A DNA stretch of 64,000 nt from Octopus sinensis (Eukaryota), in assembly GCF_006345805.1 (NCBI RefSeq), contig NC_043000.1:3534001-3598000 (forward strand). The letters are read 5' to 3'. Below are positions 26,922 through 39,871 of this stretch, one piece after another; the stretch's first letter is position 1; each line of letters starts with the position of its first letter. The position numbers and the translations under genes are program-made. The notes beneath the pieces were generated by a model. It ran no database searches and was not told the DNA's origin. It saw only the letters and a list, made by a program, of their open reading frames with translations.

Positions 26922-27243
26922 TGTTACTTCTTTCAGCCACTAGACTGTGGCCATATTAGGGCACTACCTTGCAAGGTTGCGTGTCACAAACTGAGCCCAA
27001 TATTTATTCTATCAGTCTCTTTTGCCGAATCACTGAGTTATAGGGATATAAACCAAAACTAGTTGTTAAACAGTGGGACACATTCAAACCCACCTACGTA
27101 CACACACACAACAGGCTTCCATACAGCAACTGTCTAACAAATTTACTAACCAAGGCCTATAATAATAAAAAAAAAAACTTGCCCTGAAACTGAACCTGAA
27201 ATCACATTGTTGCAAAGTGAACTTCTTAACCACACAGCCATGT
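26922..27243 (-). mobile_element. SINE family A, older copy
   Basis: tttcagccactagactgtggccat..gggcactacc (tail), ctatcagtctcttttgccgaa, and accacacagccatg (head). Confidence 0.8.
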
Positions 27244-28074
27244 CATGTGTTTTTAGATTTCCTTACTGCATTTTGGGAGTTTTAGAAAAGAACCAAGTCA
27301 AAATCATGGCCTCAGCTGGAGCTATACACTTTTGTTTACTCCTCTTTGTATGGTATTTCGGTGACTGATATTCAAGAAATATCTAAGGGTGGTTTTTTGT
27401 TGCAGTTGAAGTATGAGTGTATTATTTAAGGCTGTCACAGTAAAAAAGGAGTGTGGTGTGATATTTGTTATTGTTGTTGTTGACAATGATGCTTCTAATT
27501 ACTCTATTATAATGTTTTACTGCTAGTTTTGTGAGTTACATTGGATACAAAAGTTGCTTATTTTCTATTTTCCTATACTCTATTTTACTTACTTTGTTAT
27601 ATCCTTGTTTAGGTCTTTGATGCAGAGTTTTATTTCAGATGTGTGTGGTTTTTGTATTTCAGGTTGTCTGTTTTAAGGTTGGTTATTTCTAGAGTTGGGT
27701 TTTTTTTTTTTATTAGTCTTTAAAGTTTTAATAATTTTGCTTTTGTCCAGCTTCCAGATTTTTTTGTTGCCTTGCCTTGTGGAATAGATTTTTTAGATGC
27801 TTCTATAATTATTTTATTGAGTGTATGTTAGAAACTGTGTTTTTGAATTCCGAGAATCTTTATACTTTTTTATTATTTTTTTTTTTGGTGTACCTATTCT
27901 ATTGTGTTTCTTTGAAGTTTGTTAAAAGTATTTTTATTTTCTTCACTGATGTGTGAGAGTGTTGTATTGATAATTTGTAGGTGGTCTGTGGAAAGTTAGA
28001 GAATTGGTTGCCAAGTGATAGTGGTGGCTAAGTATGAGGAACAGAAGGTGATAACAAGAGAAGAGTTATTGTAA

Positions 28075-28195
28075 TTGTTGTTTAACCCCAGGTCAACACT
28101 AATTGAGCAGACCTATGATCAAAGGCATTCTATCCTGTCTTTTTTCCTATGTGCAAGGAACCTAAGACTACATTAATTCAGTGAGGCCTTACCAT
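28075..28195 (-). mobile_element. Old SINE family E 3' part with (AAC)n tail; further copies at about 32588-32790, 36690-36880 (+), 43335-43505 (+), 45137-45320, 45490-45680, 58378-58900
   Basis: Recurrent motif ttgttgtttaaccccaggtca..gagcagacctatgatcaaaggcattc. Confidence 0.7.
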
Positions 28196-28363
28196 AATAC
28201 TATGTGTGTTTATGTGTTAGTGAGACTAGTTTATAGTGTATATATCGGATTGTACAGTTAGGGCGATGTTTATATTCAATGGAACTTCTATATATTGAAG
28301 TATGTGATTCTAGTGATATATACAGTCATTGTAACAAAAACATATTGTAGTGTATACTTGTGG

Positions 28364-28403
<40 letters not shown>

Positions 28404-28529
28404 ATAGTAACATAAAACGTTGGAAGTTGTTATTGCTCAGCATGGGTGTCAATTTGCGTGACACTGGTATCTGCTACGACTGTGATCTGCTTGGCTCGAT
28501 GGGTTTGATACGTTTGAAAATAAACTATT

Positions 28530-28755
28530 CACATAAAAAGCACCATCCGATCGTGGCCGTTTGCCAGACTCGTCTGGTACGTAAAAAGCACCCACTACAC
28601 TCATGGAGTGGTTGGCGTTAGGAAGGGCATCCAGCCGTAGAAACATTGCCAGATCAAACTGGGCCTGGTGCAGCCTTCTGGCTTCCCAGACCCCAGTTGA
28701 ACCGTCCAACCCATGCTAGCATGGAAAGCGGACGCTAAACGATGATGATGATGAT
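28530..28755 (+). mobile_element. Young SINE-like family B
   Basis: gagtggttggcgttaggaagggcatccagccgtag..ccatgctagcatggaaagcggacg(GAT)n. Confidence 0.92.
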
Positions 28756-29831
28756 ATGGCAGATGGAAGATGGAATATATGAGAATTTATCATTAATCAT
28801 GACAATTGTTTCGACACATCTAGCATCGATTCCTCATGGGTGGGACACACAACAACTGGTTCAAGAGCATCCACCAGTGCAGATGTATCTCGTTGTGTAA
28901 TAAATAAATACAACTCGTTAAAATAACTGTTCTGCAATGTAACTTCCCATTTTGTAGAAAGGAATGGAGCCAGACGGAGGAAATATCTTCATTTATATAG
29001 AAAATCAAAAATAAAATCACAGATGGCAAAAAGAGAAATGAACACACAATCTAGCGTGAAAAGTATTAAAAACGCAGCTTGCCCGAGGGTGTTTATACAT
29101 CCATATTTGTTAATGGTTATTTTTAATACTTTTATCACAGGAGCGGGCGTTCGTTACTCTTTTTGTCATCTATGATTTTATTTTCGATTTTCTATATAAA
29201 TGAAGATATTTCCTCTGTCTAGCTGCTTTTCTTTCTACAAGCATCCGCAAAAATGTGAGCTTACGCACACATGAGGTTTGCTGCACTCATGATCACAAAG
29301 AGAGTCAGTTATTTACTTGGTGCTTATAACAATGGGGAGGTTAAAAGTAAACTTAATTCATCCAACTAAATTAAATTATGCTAATGGTTACTCAAAATTC
29401 ATTCCCACTGCATTGTGCAAAATGCGTGTAGGAATCTTGAGAGATGTTTAGAAATTCTATTAATGATCTTCTCGTTGTTTTAACATCCACTTTTCTATGC
29501 TTGCACAGGTTGGACTGAATTTATTGAGGCATATATTTCTACAGCTGGATGCCATTCCTGTCACCAACCCTTGCCTGTCTCCAAGTAAGATAAATATTTC
29601 CTCTGTCTGGCTGCATTTTTTCTACAAAACAGTAAGTTACATTGCGAAACAGTAATTTAATGAGTTGTATTTATTTATCGCCCAACAAGATACATCTGCA
29701 CTGCCAGATACTCCTGAACTAGTTGTTGAGTGTTGCACCCATGAGAAATCGATGCCAGATGTGTCGAAACAATTGTTGTGATTAATAATAAATTCTCATA
29801 TATTCCATCTTCCGTCTTTCATTTGCCATAT
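28754..29831. repeat. Foldback element: ~320-bp inverted arms (28754-29072 versus 29120-29240 plus 29594-29831) around a 47-bp spacer
   Basis: e.g. ggaatatatgagaattta / taaattctcatatattcc; acaattgtttcgacacatct / agatgtgtcgaaacaattgt; ggaaatatcttcatttatatagaaaatc / gattttctatataaatgaagatatttcc. Confidence 0.92.
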
Positions 29832-29992
29832 ACATAACAATCACTGTAAAAGTGAGTGTGCTTTACTAGTAAGCTACCATTCATTTTATATATCATCATC
29901 ATTTAACATCTGCCTTCTATGCTGGCATGGGTGGGAACTATATATATACATATATATATAAAGCTCACACTCAAAGAATATATATATTATCA

Positions 29993-30380
29993 TTGTTTTA
30001 ACATCCACTTTTCCAAGCTTGCACAGGTTGGACAGAATTTATTGAAGCATATATTTCTACAGCTTGATGCTCTTCCTGTCACAAACTCTTGCCTGTCTCC
30101 AAGTAAAATAAATATTTCCCCATGACCAGATATGTTTTTATGGAAGATTGGAGCTGAAGTACATTGCTTGCATGACAGTGACACTTACTTACAACAGTCA
30201 TGCAAAGTCAAGGTGACACACACACACACACACATACGATGGACTGCTTTCAGTTTTCATCTTCCAAATCCAGTCACAAGGCTTCGGTCAGCCTGGGACG
30301 ACAGTAAAAGGCACTTGTCAAAGTTGCCATACAGAGGGATTGAACCTGAAATCATGTTGTTGGAGAAGCAACATACAGCC
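29993..30380 (-). mobile_element. Old SINE with family A-like head and family B-like (RTE) tail
   Basis: Tail ttaacatccacttttcc..gatgctcttcctgtc, internal (CA)n, head gcacttgtcaaagttgcca..gggattgaacctgaaatcatg. Similar pieces at about 44232-44470 and 46343-46610. Confidence 0.75.
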
Positions 30381-31842
30381 ACCCTGGTGCCTGTATACAT
30401 GTGAAAAATTATCCATACAGCCACTTACCATGCAACCACTCTGGTGCCTGTATACATGTGAAAAATTATCCAAAGATCCTTGGATAGCTTTAGTGGAGAT
30501 TGCTCCATTGTATATTATTTATCTCAAGCCGCAACTTTATCCATGTGCCAAACTTTACACTCTCCTTACTGGTACTGCTGCATGCTTTTACCATTCTTTT
30601 TCCATTATTATAAGTTACTGGTGAAACTGTTCCCTGCTGCATTTTTCTTTCTTTATTTTTTCATTCATTCATTCATTTATTTGTTTATTTCCAGACAGTT
30701 TATTCTGAATATTTGTATTTGTTATGCTATCCAGATTCTCACTTTGCATCTGAACAACTAAACTACATCCTACCCATCCAGAATACATAATATCTATTAA
30801 ATAGTTGGAACCTGAAGCAAACTAAGTCGAAAGTGAATAGAATAATGAATTAATTCTTATAAATATCGATTGAAAAAAAATGTGTCTATAAAGTTAAATG
30901 ATGTTTGCAGTTAAAATGGTTTTGAAACTGAACTGAAAACATAACTGATATCTGTTAAAATAGTAGTTATACTATCTATCTCAAATGAGATTTTAGATGC
31001 TAGTTTTTCAAGTTCATCATCATCATCATCATTATTATTTCCGTTATTATTTTCGTTTTCATTATTTTAAAAAGATTAAAAACTGGAAGCATTTTATTAA
31101 TAAGCTCATAAACAGGTCTGCTAGTATGAATATTTGCTTTAAATCTAAAAATTAATACCAAATTCTCTATTTCAGAATGAACTTATTGTCAGATCATCAA
31201 AGGCAATATCAACTCGGCAGAGATTTATTGAACTTATTGCCAATCTTTTAACTGGTTCGATTGATAACTACATAAATTACAGGTGAAACCATCAAATTGA
31301 AAAGGGGAAAAAGATTAAATGAATGAATGATAACGACTAACTTTAAGATATTTTATATTGATATTGAGATTTCAGATAGCTATTCAGTCAAGAAAGGCAC
31401 TAAGTTCTGTTTGCAAATCAACAACATATATATTATATATATATATTTATTTACACACAAAAGCAACAATATTTCTATGTCAGCCTAGAATAAAAGAAGA
31501 AAAATTAAAAGACTAATTTGCAAAATTCATAATATAGCAGCCAATAACATTTCAAAGGAATTAACATTTAATCATGCATATTGGTGTGTGAAAAAAAAAA
31601 AAAAACAAAAACAAAAAGCTGTACAAAGAAATGTCTATTTAGATCACATTCAATGTAAGACTTGCCCTATATGTCTTACTATCAGATATGCCCAAAGGAG
31701 GAATTTAACGGAATATATTGCAGTAGTTTTAATTACTTCTCATAAGGTAAATATATTTCATGCTATGAAAATAGCTCAAGTCAATCTATTTCCATAATTT
31801 CCGATACTCTAATAATTGCACTGATCCACAGCAATGATGATG

Positions 31843-31900
<58 letters not shown>

Positions 31901-31910
31901 TAATAATAAT
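31843..31910. repeat. (AAT)n microsatellite
   Basis: Direct reading. Confidence 0.95.
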
Positions 31911-33407
31911 TGTAGAATATTATCAGTGTTAGATGAAGAAATCTGAACATGTAGAATGCAACTTTGGTATCTAAATCCTGTTTTAGATAAATATCATATA
32001 GCCTGTATGGTAATTATATTACTAATAGGGGTCAGAAGGAGATGGGGAGATTGAGGGAGAGAGAAAGAGAAAAAGGATGGACTAGATCTGTTATTTAATT
32101 TTATATACATTTTTAACTCTGTAAACTAATTCCCCAAAAAAACAAAGATTCTTAAAGCCAATATCTAGTTCAAAATAGAAAAACAAAATGTATTCTTTTA
32201 TATTTAAATTTTAACAAGCTTTGAATTAAATTTGAAACAAGAAACAAACTAACACCAATTCACTTCTCATTTTAAAAGTTTCAGTTCAGGATTAAGTATA
32301 AAAAAACAACCCTGAAATATTGAAAAATACACTTATTTTTCTGTAACCAGACATTGTTAAGAGGAAGATTTTATTACGTTACTGTTTCTAGAATGAAATG
32401 ATAATGTTTCAGGTAAATATTTAAATTTCAGTATTTAGTGGAACATATTTCCTATTTTCATAGAAGAATGGTCTTCCCACTGTTAATCCTTCAACCTCAA
32501 AGAGGGAGGAACAACTATTTTACAATAAGACTGACCAAAGACCGAAGCAAAGAGAGTAATGTACCCTTGCTTAAATGCACAACACTGGTTGTTGTTTAGT
32601 TCTGGGTCAGCCATGGTTGAATAGATCTATGATCAAAGGCCTTCCAGACATGACTGTACTGTCTTTTTCCAAGTTACAATGCACTCAGGGTCACATTTTC
32701 CAGTATGTCCCTTTTTAAGATGTCCAGGCATTACATATGGGGAAATATTTCTACCAGCTGAATGACTATGTAGGGGGTACCCTGTTGGCTTGACAACACA
32801 ATATTTGCAGCAAAGTTTGAAATGAAGACCTTACAATTTGTATTTAGCACCTTAACCTCATGGTTACTGAGCTTCTAAAACTATATTCTACACATTTAAT
32901 AGATCTGTAGTACATGGAGCTAGTTAATTTACACAAAACAAATTGCTGCTTCAATTTTAACAACTAAATTTTAATAACTATTGTTGTTATTCAGATCAAT
33001 ACATTCCATTTAAGTTTGATTACAATTGATAACTATTTCCTAAACTATTCAGAGGAAGAGTCAAAGCTAATGTTGAATAATAGGTATGTCTTTCTAAACA
33101 AATCCATTTGATGAGATAAAATTGTGTTGCAATAAATTATTGACTAAACTACGAAACATTGGTTTGAAAATAATATGGATAAGAAAAACTGGAGGCTAAG
33201 GAAAACGGTGAGAGTCTGTCTATAAAAATCAGTTAATAAATTTTGTAAATTTGAATTAGCTTTTATATTGAAGTAAGGAAATGACTTCTAGTATTTCTGG
33301 CATGACAATTTTTCAGAGAAGAATAAGTCACTTCTTGGTTTTCTAAAGAGTGTAAGCCTGCCAAAACTGTTAGAATTAGTTTCTTAGCAAACTTCACAAG
33401 CTTATTC

Positions 33408-33486
<79 letters not shown>

Positions 33487-36400
33487 TACTATGATTAGCC
33501 TAGAATGGGTAGGGAAGATTAATATGAAATAAATATAACTGAATGAAATTTGTGTAGAATTTGATAGCAACAGGATATTAATGAATATTTGCAAGCCGTT
33601 TTAGAGCCAAACATTGCAAAGATTATTATGTAGAGAGTTTTCTAAGGGAGATAAAATTAATATACCAGTGAAAAGAATTGAAATACAAAATCAAAGATGA
33701 TGACAATTGGCACCCATGTTTGTAAACAGAGTAAGGATAATACTTTCTCACAAAGTAAGCAGCAGACAACAATAACAACATTTCATGTTGATAAAAAATA
33801 TCAGAGCTAGGAAATGTCTGGTTTCTTAAAAGGATGATCTTAAAGGATATTTGAAGTAATATATCAAACTCCAATGTTGTAGGTATAACACAAAGTTCCC
33901 AAAAGATGCCAGTAAATATTTCTGTGCTGCCTGCTGCAGGAACTTAAGCGTTTGTTACCACAGAAAATACTGTGACAGTCTGGTGTGCAGATAAACTAAA
34001 ACTAAACATGTTCAGATATAAATCTACTTAGGTACTATTTCAAACTAAAGAGTCTCAAGGAAGTAACTGTGAACTGTGAATGTGTTCCCTTCACTATTCT
34101 TTATGATTTGACTGGAATGTTTGGTGATTCTGGTTGATCAAATACTCACACACTTAGAATTCAAAAATTCCATGAATTACTTCCTATTCTCAATAACCAA
34201 ACATCTATGAATTTCTTAATATGTTTAAATTCATGATGTGTTCCTATGTTAGTGACACCACACTTGTAAGTATTACAAACTTAAATTACTAATTTGAAAT
34301 AGTGGTAGTGTTGAAGAGACTTTGTCCACAAAACTCTCACCTAGACAACAAATGAAAGGTTTAACAGGCTACTTTAACTGGTTTAGAAGTCATCAGAAAG
34401 AAAGGTTTATACTGATCTGATTCTCTGCAGTGCATAAATAAAGTATCAGGGCTTATAGTATCTAGTTTTAGAGTTGTCCAAAATATCTACTGAGAGGGTT
34501 TAAACCATCTTAATATTAACATTAATTTTTTTATTTTTTAAGAAATGCAACCAAACCTGAATCGACATGTTCAAATTCCCCATTAACAGCATCAGTTTCC
34601 TAGATCTGAACAATGTTTCTTTCTCCCTCTCACACACACAATGCTGAAAATATTACAAAACTTTATCAAGTTATTTCTATTAGAATGCTCATCAGAGAAA
34701 TCAATAGCTTTTTACTTGCAATGAGTTTAGTGTATTCTGCCAAAGAAGCTTAGTACATCGAAAGTAAGGTTAGTACATTGCAAGTAAGGTTAGTACATTA
34801 AAGGCAAGTGAAATAGTTGGATAACAGGAAGTTTACTGTGCCTTAGGAAGAGCAAACTAAGAACATAAGACAGATAGTTTGCAGCATTATGTACAATAAT
34901 ATTCAGTGCTGGACTATTTAGTCAGATTATCAATTTACATTACATTGTATTCATGTCTGTTCATATATCAAGATAAAGAATGTATGTTGGCAACAGTCAC
35001 AGGTTGGCTGATCTGTAACCTAACTCTTCTCAGTTCATGATGTGTTTGGCACCAGATGCACTGATATTATTAAATTTAGCCTGCATTACAATTTATATCA
35101 TGCTTTGGAGAAAGAAATGTATTTTGATGCAATACTTTAATTTAATTAAGAAGAGCAAGAATCTTTTATAATTATTGTGTTTTAAACACTTTGAAAATAT
35201 TTTGCAGGTTGATTTAGAAACAAAATTTTTATCATCCCTTGCCAAACTTTTACACAGAAAACTATTTAATTTGCATCAAATGGTAGAATCTATATAGATT
35301 GAATTTAAAAGAAATATAACAGGGAAAAAAAAATTATAAAATGCTGAAAATTAGCCAAGAAAAAGATAAGGCCCCCAAGGAAATTGCTTGAAAATAGGAT
35401 GTAAAATTAATGATTAGTTAAACAGATGTCATCCTCACATGTAGCAATCTCTACGCATTATTTACAGTGAAATGTTTTAAAGCAATTACTACCTTATCAC
35501 ACATATATTTAATTTATATATATTTACTGCATGTTGCTAAATATGTAATTTATTATATTCATCAATATTATAAGATATAATATGCTGTTTAATTAAATTC
35601 TTATTGGGCATGTATGATAGTGATTCTGGGACAAATCTTATCTACATGTGAACACATCAGATCCATACCCATCTCACATAACTGGACACAGTGAATGGCC
35701 CTGGTTGTAATTCAAGTTGACCTCTGCAAGAAAATGGCATACCTAGAAGAAATTCACAGCTACATACTATTGTGTTACATTCAAAGAAATCAGCAAAACA
35801 GAATAAGATATTTTTTTTTCAAACGTGTTTTTCACTGAAGAATAAGCAATATGAAAGAAAGACAAATTAAATCAATAGTTTTTATCAGTTTGTAGATAAT
35901 TAAATATATTGATTTTTCTAGACAGAAAACAATATTAATAAGATCCAAAATTCTCTATCTCATAAGTTGGAAACATTTATCCTTCATAAATGTTCTAAAA
36001 TAGTTTTATTCTCAATAAAAAAAAATAATAATTTAAAAGCAAAGTTTTGATATATTTCAACTGGAATTGGTTAAGTTTTAGCTTAAGAGATATAACTTCC
36101 AGAGAAATCCACAAGAATATGAAATGACTTAAAGAAATCAATAAAAAAAGTAATGATAACATGTTTAGTATCTGAAGTATAATATATACTTTCATGAGGA
36201 ATGATATATGAAAATATAAATACTATCCACAAGACAGTATTAAAAATAATATAAACTACTCCAAACAAATACAAACATTAGGGTTTTATGAGGAAGCTTT
36301 AAGCAATTACTCAAACTGGTAGAAATAATAGTCTAACATCTCATCAAACCACAGCCAATTTTCTGATCAAAGGAAAGAAGCTACATTTCAATTGGGATTT

Positions 36401-37543
36401 TTTCAACTATCTGTTGGATGCAACTTCTAACCATTGTCATTTTCCTTTCCCCTTCTTCAATGACAAGAGGCAGGATTTAAACTCAGAAAACAACAGAGTT
36501 GGAACAGGCATTGCAAGACATCCCTTCTGGCATTGTAATTATTCCTTCAATCTGTGTCTGTACCTTGTTTATCAACTCTTAAAAGGATGCAATGAAATGC
36601 AAAAGTTGACTGGCAGAATTTTAGCTTACAACACACACACACACAGAGCAAATATTGCAAAGCATTCTATACAATGTTCTAACAACTCTGCTGACTTAAA
36701 TAATAGTCAAATCTTTCTCAAATCACACCATACATCTTAGAAGAAAATAATACAACAGAAAATATAGTCTTAGGTACACTGTGTCTAAGAAAACAAAGAA
36801 CAAGATGGTCGCAGATGAATGCTATTACTATCTATAAGTCTGCTAGATCAAGTTTGACCAGAGACTATACAATAAAAACTTGTGCATCACAATAATAGCC
36901 TGATAACTTAAAAGTGTTTTCAATTTTGCAGTTCTTATATTAAGCTATCAGCTTCAATACTAAAAACTTTATCTTGAAATATGTATGTTAATGTATGAAA
37001 TATACTATTTCAATGAAAATATCCAGGCTCTGTTTGTTCATTCATGTTTTAAACATTATTTTGGACCATTTCAACAGAATGTTCTATTAACAGGAATTGG
37101 GGTACATTGTTTTCTTTTTTATTCAATTTGAAAATAAGAAATATCATAAAAATATAGATATTCCAATCAATATATTAGAAGTAAAAAAATCAATAACAGT
37201 TAAGATTACAAGAATTGACATACGATCAAAAGATTAAACTAAGCTAATATAAATATTTGATCTCACTTGATAAAAAATGCAAAGAAAAACAGAAGACTTG
37301 ATACAAATCATAACATCATAATGAAATGCATTAAAGTGATTGTCACTAAAATGAAAAACAAGTGAGGAAAAAATTTGTCTATCCAAGAGTTATATGGTAA
37401 TGATGTTGGAATAGTATCAGCTCTTCCAGGCTATGAGTCATATAAACCGACAAAATCAGAGACTATAACAAGCTGTGAGACAAAAGAATAAAAGAATTAA
37501 TAATAGAATCAGAATATATCATAAAAGTGTCTATGATACTTAC

Positions 37544-37569
37544 TTGTTCATTTCGTCTTGAACGGCTTC
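37544..37569 (-). CDS. Candidate 26-nt coding microexon (EAVQDEMN+AA in phase 0, or xGA-SRSRRNEQ in phase 1)
   Basis: Minus strand: ttcttttgaattttctatttctag|GAAGCCGTTCAAGACGAAATGAACAA|gtaagt. Polypyrimidine acceptor, perfect donor, GC-richer than flanks, non-repeat context. Confidence 0.6.
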
Positions 37570-38137
37570 CTAGAAATAGAAAATTCAAAAGAATAATAAG
37601 CATTTACGATTCTGAATTTTAAAGTAGGGATATTTAATAAATTAAATTTGGAAGAAAATTTTGATTATAGTAATTATTATTCAATTAACAGAACAGAAAA
37701 TGATAAAGATACAATGACAGTTAAGTAAAAGGATTGGATTACTGGTTTTGGGGTCAAACTTTAATAGTAGTGATCAATTTATTTTTTTTTAGCAAGACAT
37801 GTCACTCTAGTTTGCGATTGGTTTAAAAAACCTTCCACTCAGATTTCACAGTTGAATACTTAACAGGAGAAAGAACATCCAACTGATAATAAAAAAAAGT
37901 GGAAAGCAAAAAAAAACTAATATTCCAATGAAAATTATCTCAACCTCATAAACATGGAAAAATATATGTAAAATAGTTGGGTCTCACATGTAATATAGGC
38001 AGTTGATTAATTTACATTATTCATGCAATTAGTTGACAAAAACTCTCTCTAGAGGTGTTAAAAATCTAAAAAATAAAGCAAGAACTATAACTTCAATATT
38101 GGATTTTGGGGAAACATAAAAAATGCAGATAGGAGTG

Positions 38138-38356
38138 GATGATACCGATCTTCTTGAGATCACATGGATTTATGATACATAATTTCCTATTTTAAAGTTA
38201 TCTAAACTAAAAGCTTCTATAAAAATTTCATATTAATTGATGTTCTTAACATCAACTTCATAATGATAATTATTTAACTAAATTCTTCGTTATTTTCAAA
38301 ATTAATTGACATAAAGGCAGAGGTGTTCAACAGAAATATAGTGACCAAAGGATTAA
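38138..38356. mobile_element. Decayed piggyBac-type (TTAA) MITE
   Basis: Right end aaatatagtgaccaaaggattaa resembles ..aaagggTTAA; left end eroded. Confidence 0.35.
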
Positions 38357-39486
38357 ACCTTGACAATAGCAACTAGCAGAATAGTTAACCTTTTCTCCTT
38401 TTATTTGGAGTGGAAAGTAAATCACCATCATCATTTAATGTCCATTCTCCATGCTGACATAGGTTGGGCAGTTTGACAAGAGCTGGCCAGCCAGAGAGTT
38501 GCACCAGGCTAGATATAGTTATTTATTTTTCAATGCAATGTATACAGTGCAAGTTCAGATCTAATTAAAGTTAAGTATTTTATATTGTTTCTTTATTTCA
38601 TGACCCGTAAATGCATGTTTTGATATATTTCATTGGTAGAACTCATGGACAATATATTATTAGTAAATTTAAGTCAAATTTAAGTTCAGTTTTTTCAAGT
38701 TGTGTAATAATGATAGGTGTGCAAGGATAATGAAATAGGAGAGCAAACAGAGATACTTTTGCTCATCAAGCTGTTCAGCATTTAGTAACAGTTCACTGGG
38801 TAAATTTATTTGAACATTAGATAATTACTTCTAGCTGTCCTCCCCACTAAAGAGAGAGGAGGGAGAGAAAATAAAACAGTGAACTTATTCTGTTAGTTGG
38901 AAGTCAGTAGAAGAGGGGAAATGACATGTGAATGCTAAAAAAAAGTTACTATATTAATGTTAGAAAAAAATCTAACATCATTCGGAATCAAAAAATTAAA
39001 ACTATTCCTGACTATAAATAAACCTTTGACTGTTGACAGAAGACTGAAATTGGTTATGTGGTAGACTAATTCTACTGTGCAACAAATGCTGGTTTCATCC
39101 TTAACAAGGAAAACCTCACCAATTTGAATGAAGTTGTTCAGTGAGAAAATAAAAGAATATAAAAGTTCTAAAAACATTATCAATTAAAATAGTACAGCTA
39201 TATTTACAAAGAAGTGTAAAAGATAATCCCAAAACTTGTGTATAAAACTATGTACAAAGATTATGAGTAAAAGAAGTTTACCATCAACTGGGTGAGATCA
39301 TTGATGATATTTTACTGATGAACACTAAACAAAATATCAGATCTTATATTTTAAATGGTGCTTCCAGGTGTGCTGCTTTTGAAATCAAAATTCATGTTTA
39401 GAGTTACTAGCATATATTTGTTACACATGTACAGGAAATATAACCACATGTAGCTACTCATAAAGGCATATCTACCAACATGTAAC

Positions 39487-39871
39487 CTATATCAATTATA
39501 AATAGATTAGTGTTTCACTTCCGGATTCTATCACTCTGTGAAAGTTTCTAGTTCGAATCACACGTGTCTTGAGGTGCGCCGAAGATTTTTCTATTTGGAT
39601 ATATTTGGGGTACTTAAGTCTGCTCGGGACTTGGTACTTGCTTCTTCCGTGGGTATGAATAAGTATTTCATTTATGTCTCGCGTATGTGCCGCTGAAGAG
39701 GGGAAAATTTCTTGTGAATAAACCCAGAAATTGGACCACTACGGTAATAACGAATTTTTTAGAGATTTCTATCGGTTTGTTTCGAGACGCATAAATTTAA
39801 TGGTTATCGACAATTTTTTTGTTTCGGCGTATCTGGCATAAGAATTTTTCTTCTGCCCTTATCCTGTAAAT
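39487..39871 (+). mobile_element. 385-bp CpG-rich non-coding insertion with 14-bp flanking direct repeat, Penelope-like/retrozyme-like
   Basis: taccaacatgtaac at 39473-39486 and 39872-39885; contains a hammerhead motif; CpGs retained unlike the flanks. Confidence 0.7.
39688..39746 (+). ncRNA. Type I hammerhead ribozyme-like motif
   Basis: Stem I TGCCG/CGGTA; CTGAAGA 39693-39699; stem II GGG/CCC; GAAA 39727-39730; near-palindromic stem III (a)ttggaccac(t) with one mismatch; UH site TA, predicted cut after 39741. Confidence 0.55.

Noticed and set aside
30371-30473. Short local tandem duplication (also 22918-22970 and 34750-34800)
   Set aside because: Ordinary slippage duplications with no further structure.
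34660-34700. Minus-strand CTGATGA..GAAA hammerhead-like spacing
   Set aside because: Stems I-III do not pair convincingly. Other CTGANGA hits (e.g. 40912, 41681) are explained by transposon sequence or lack GAAA.
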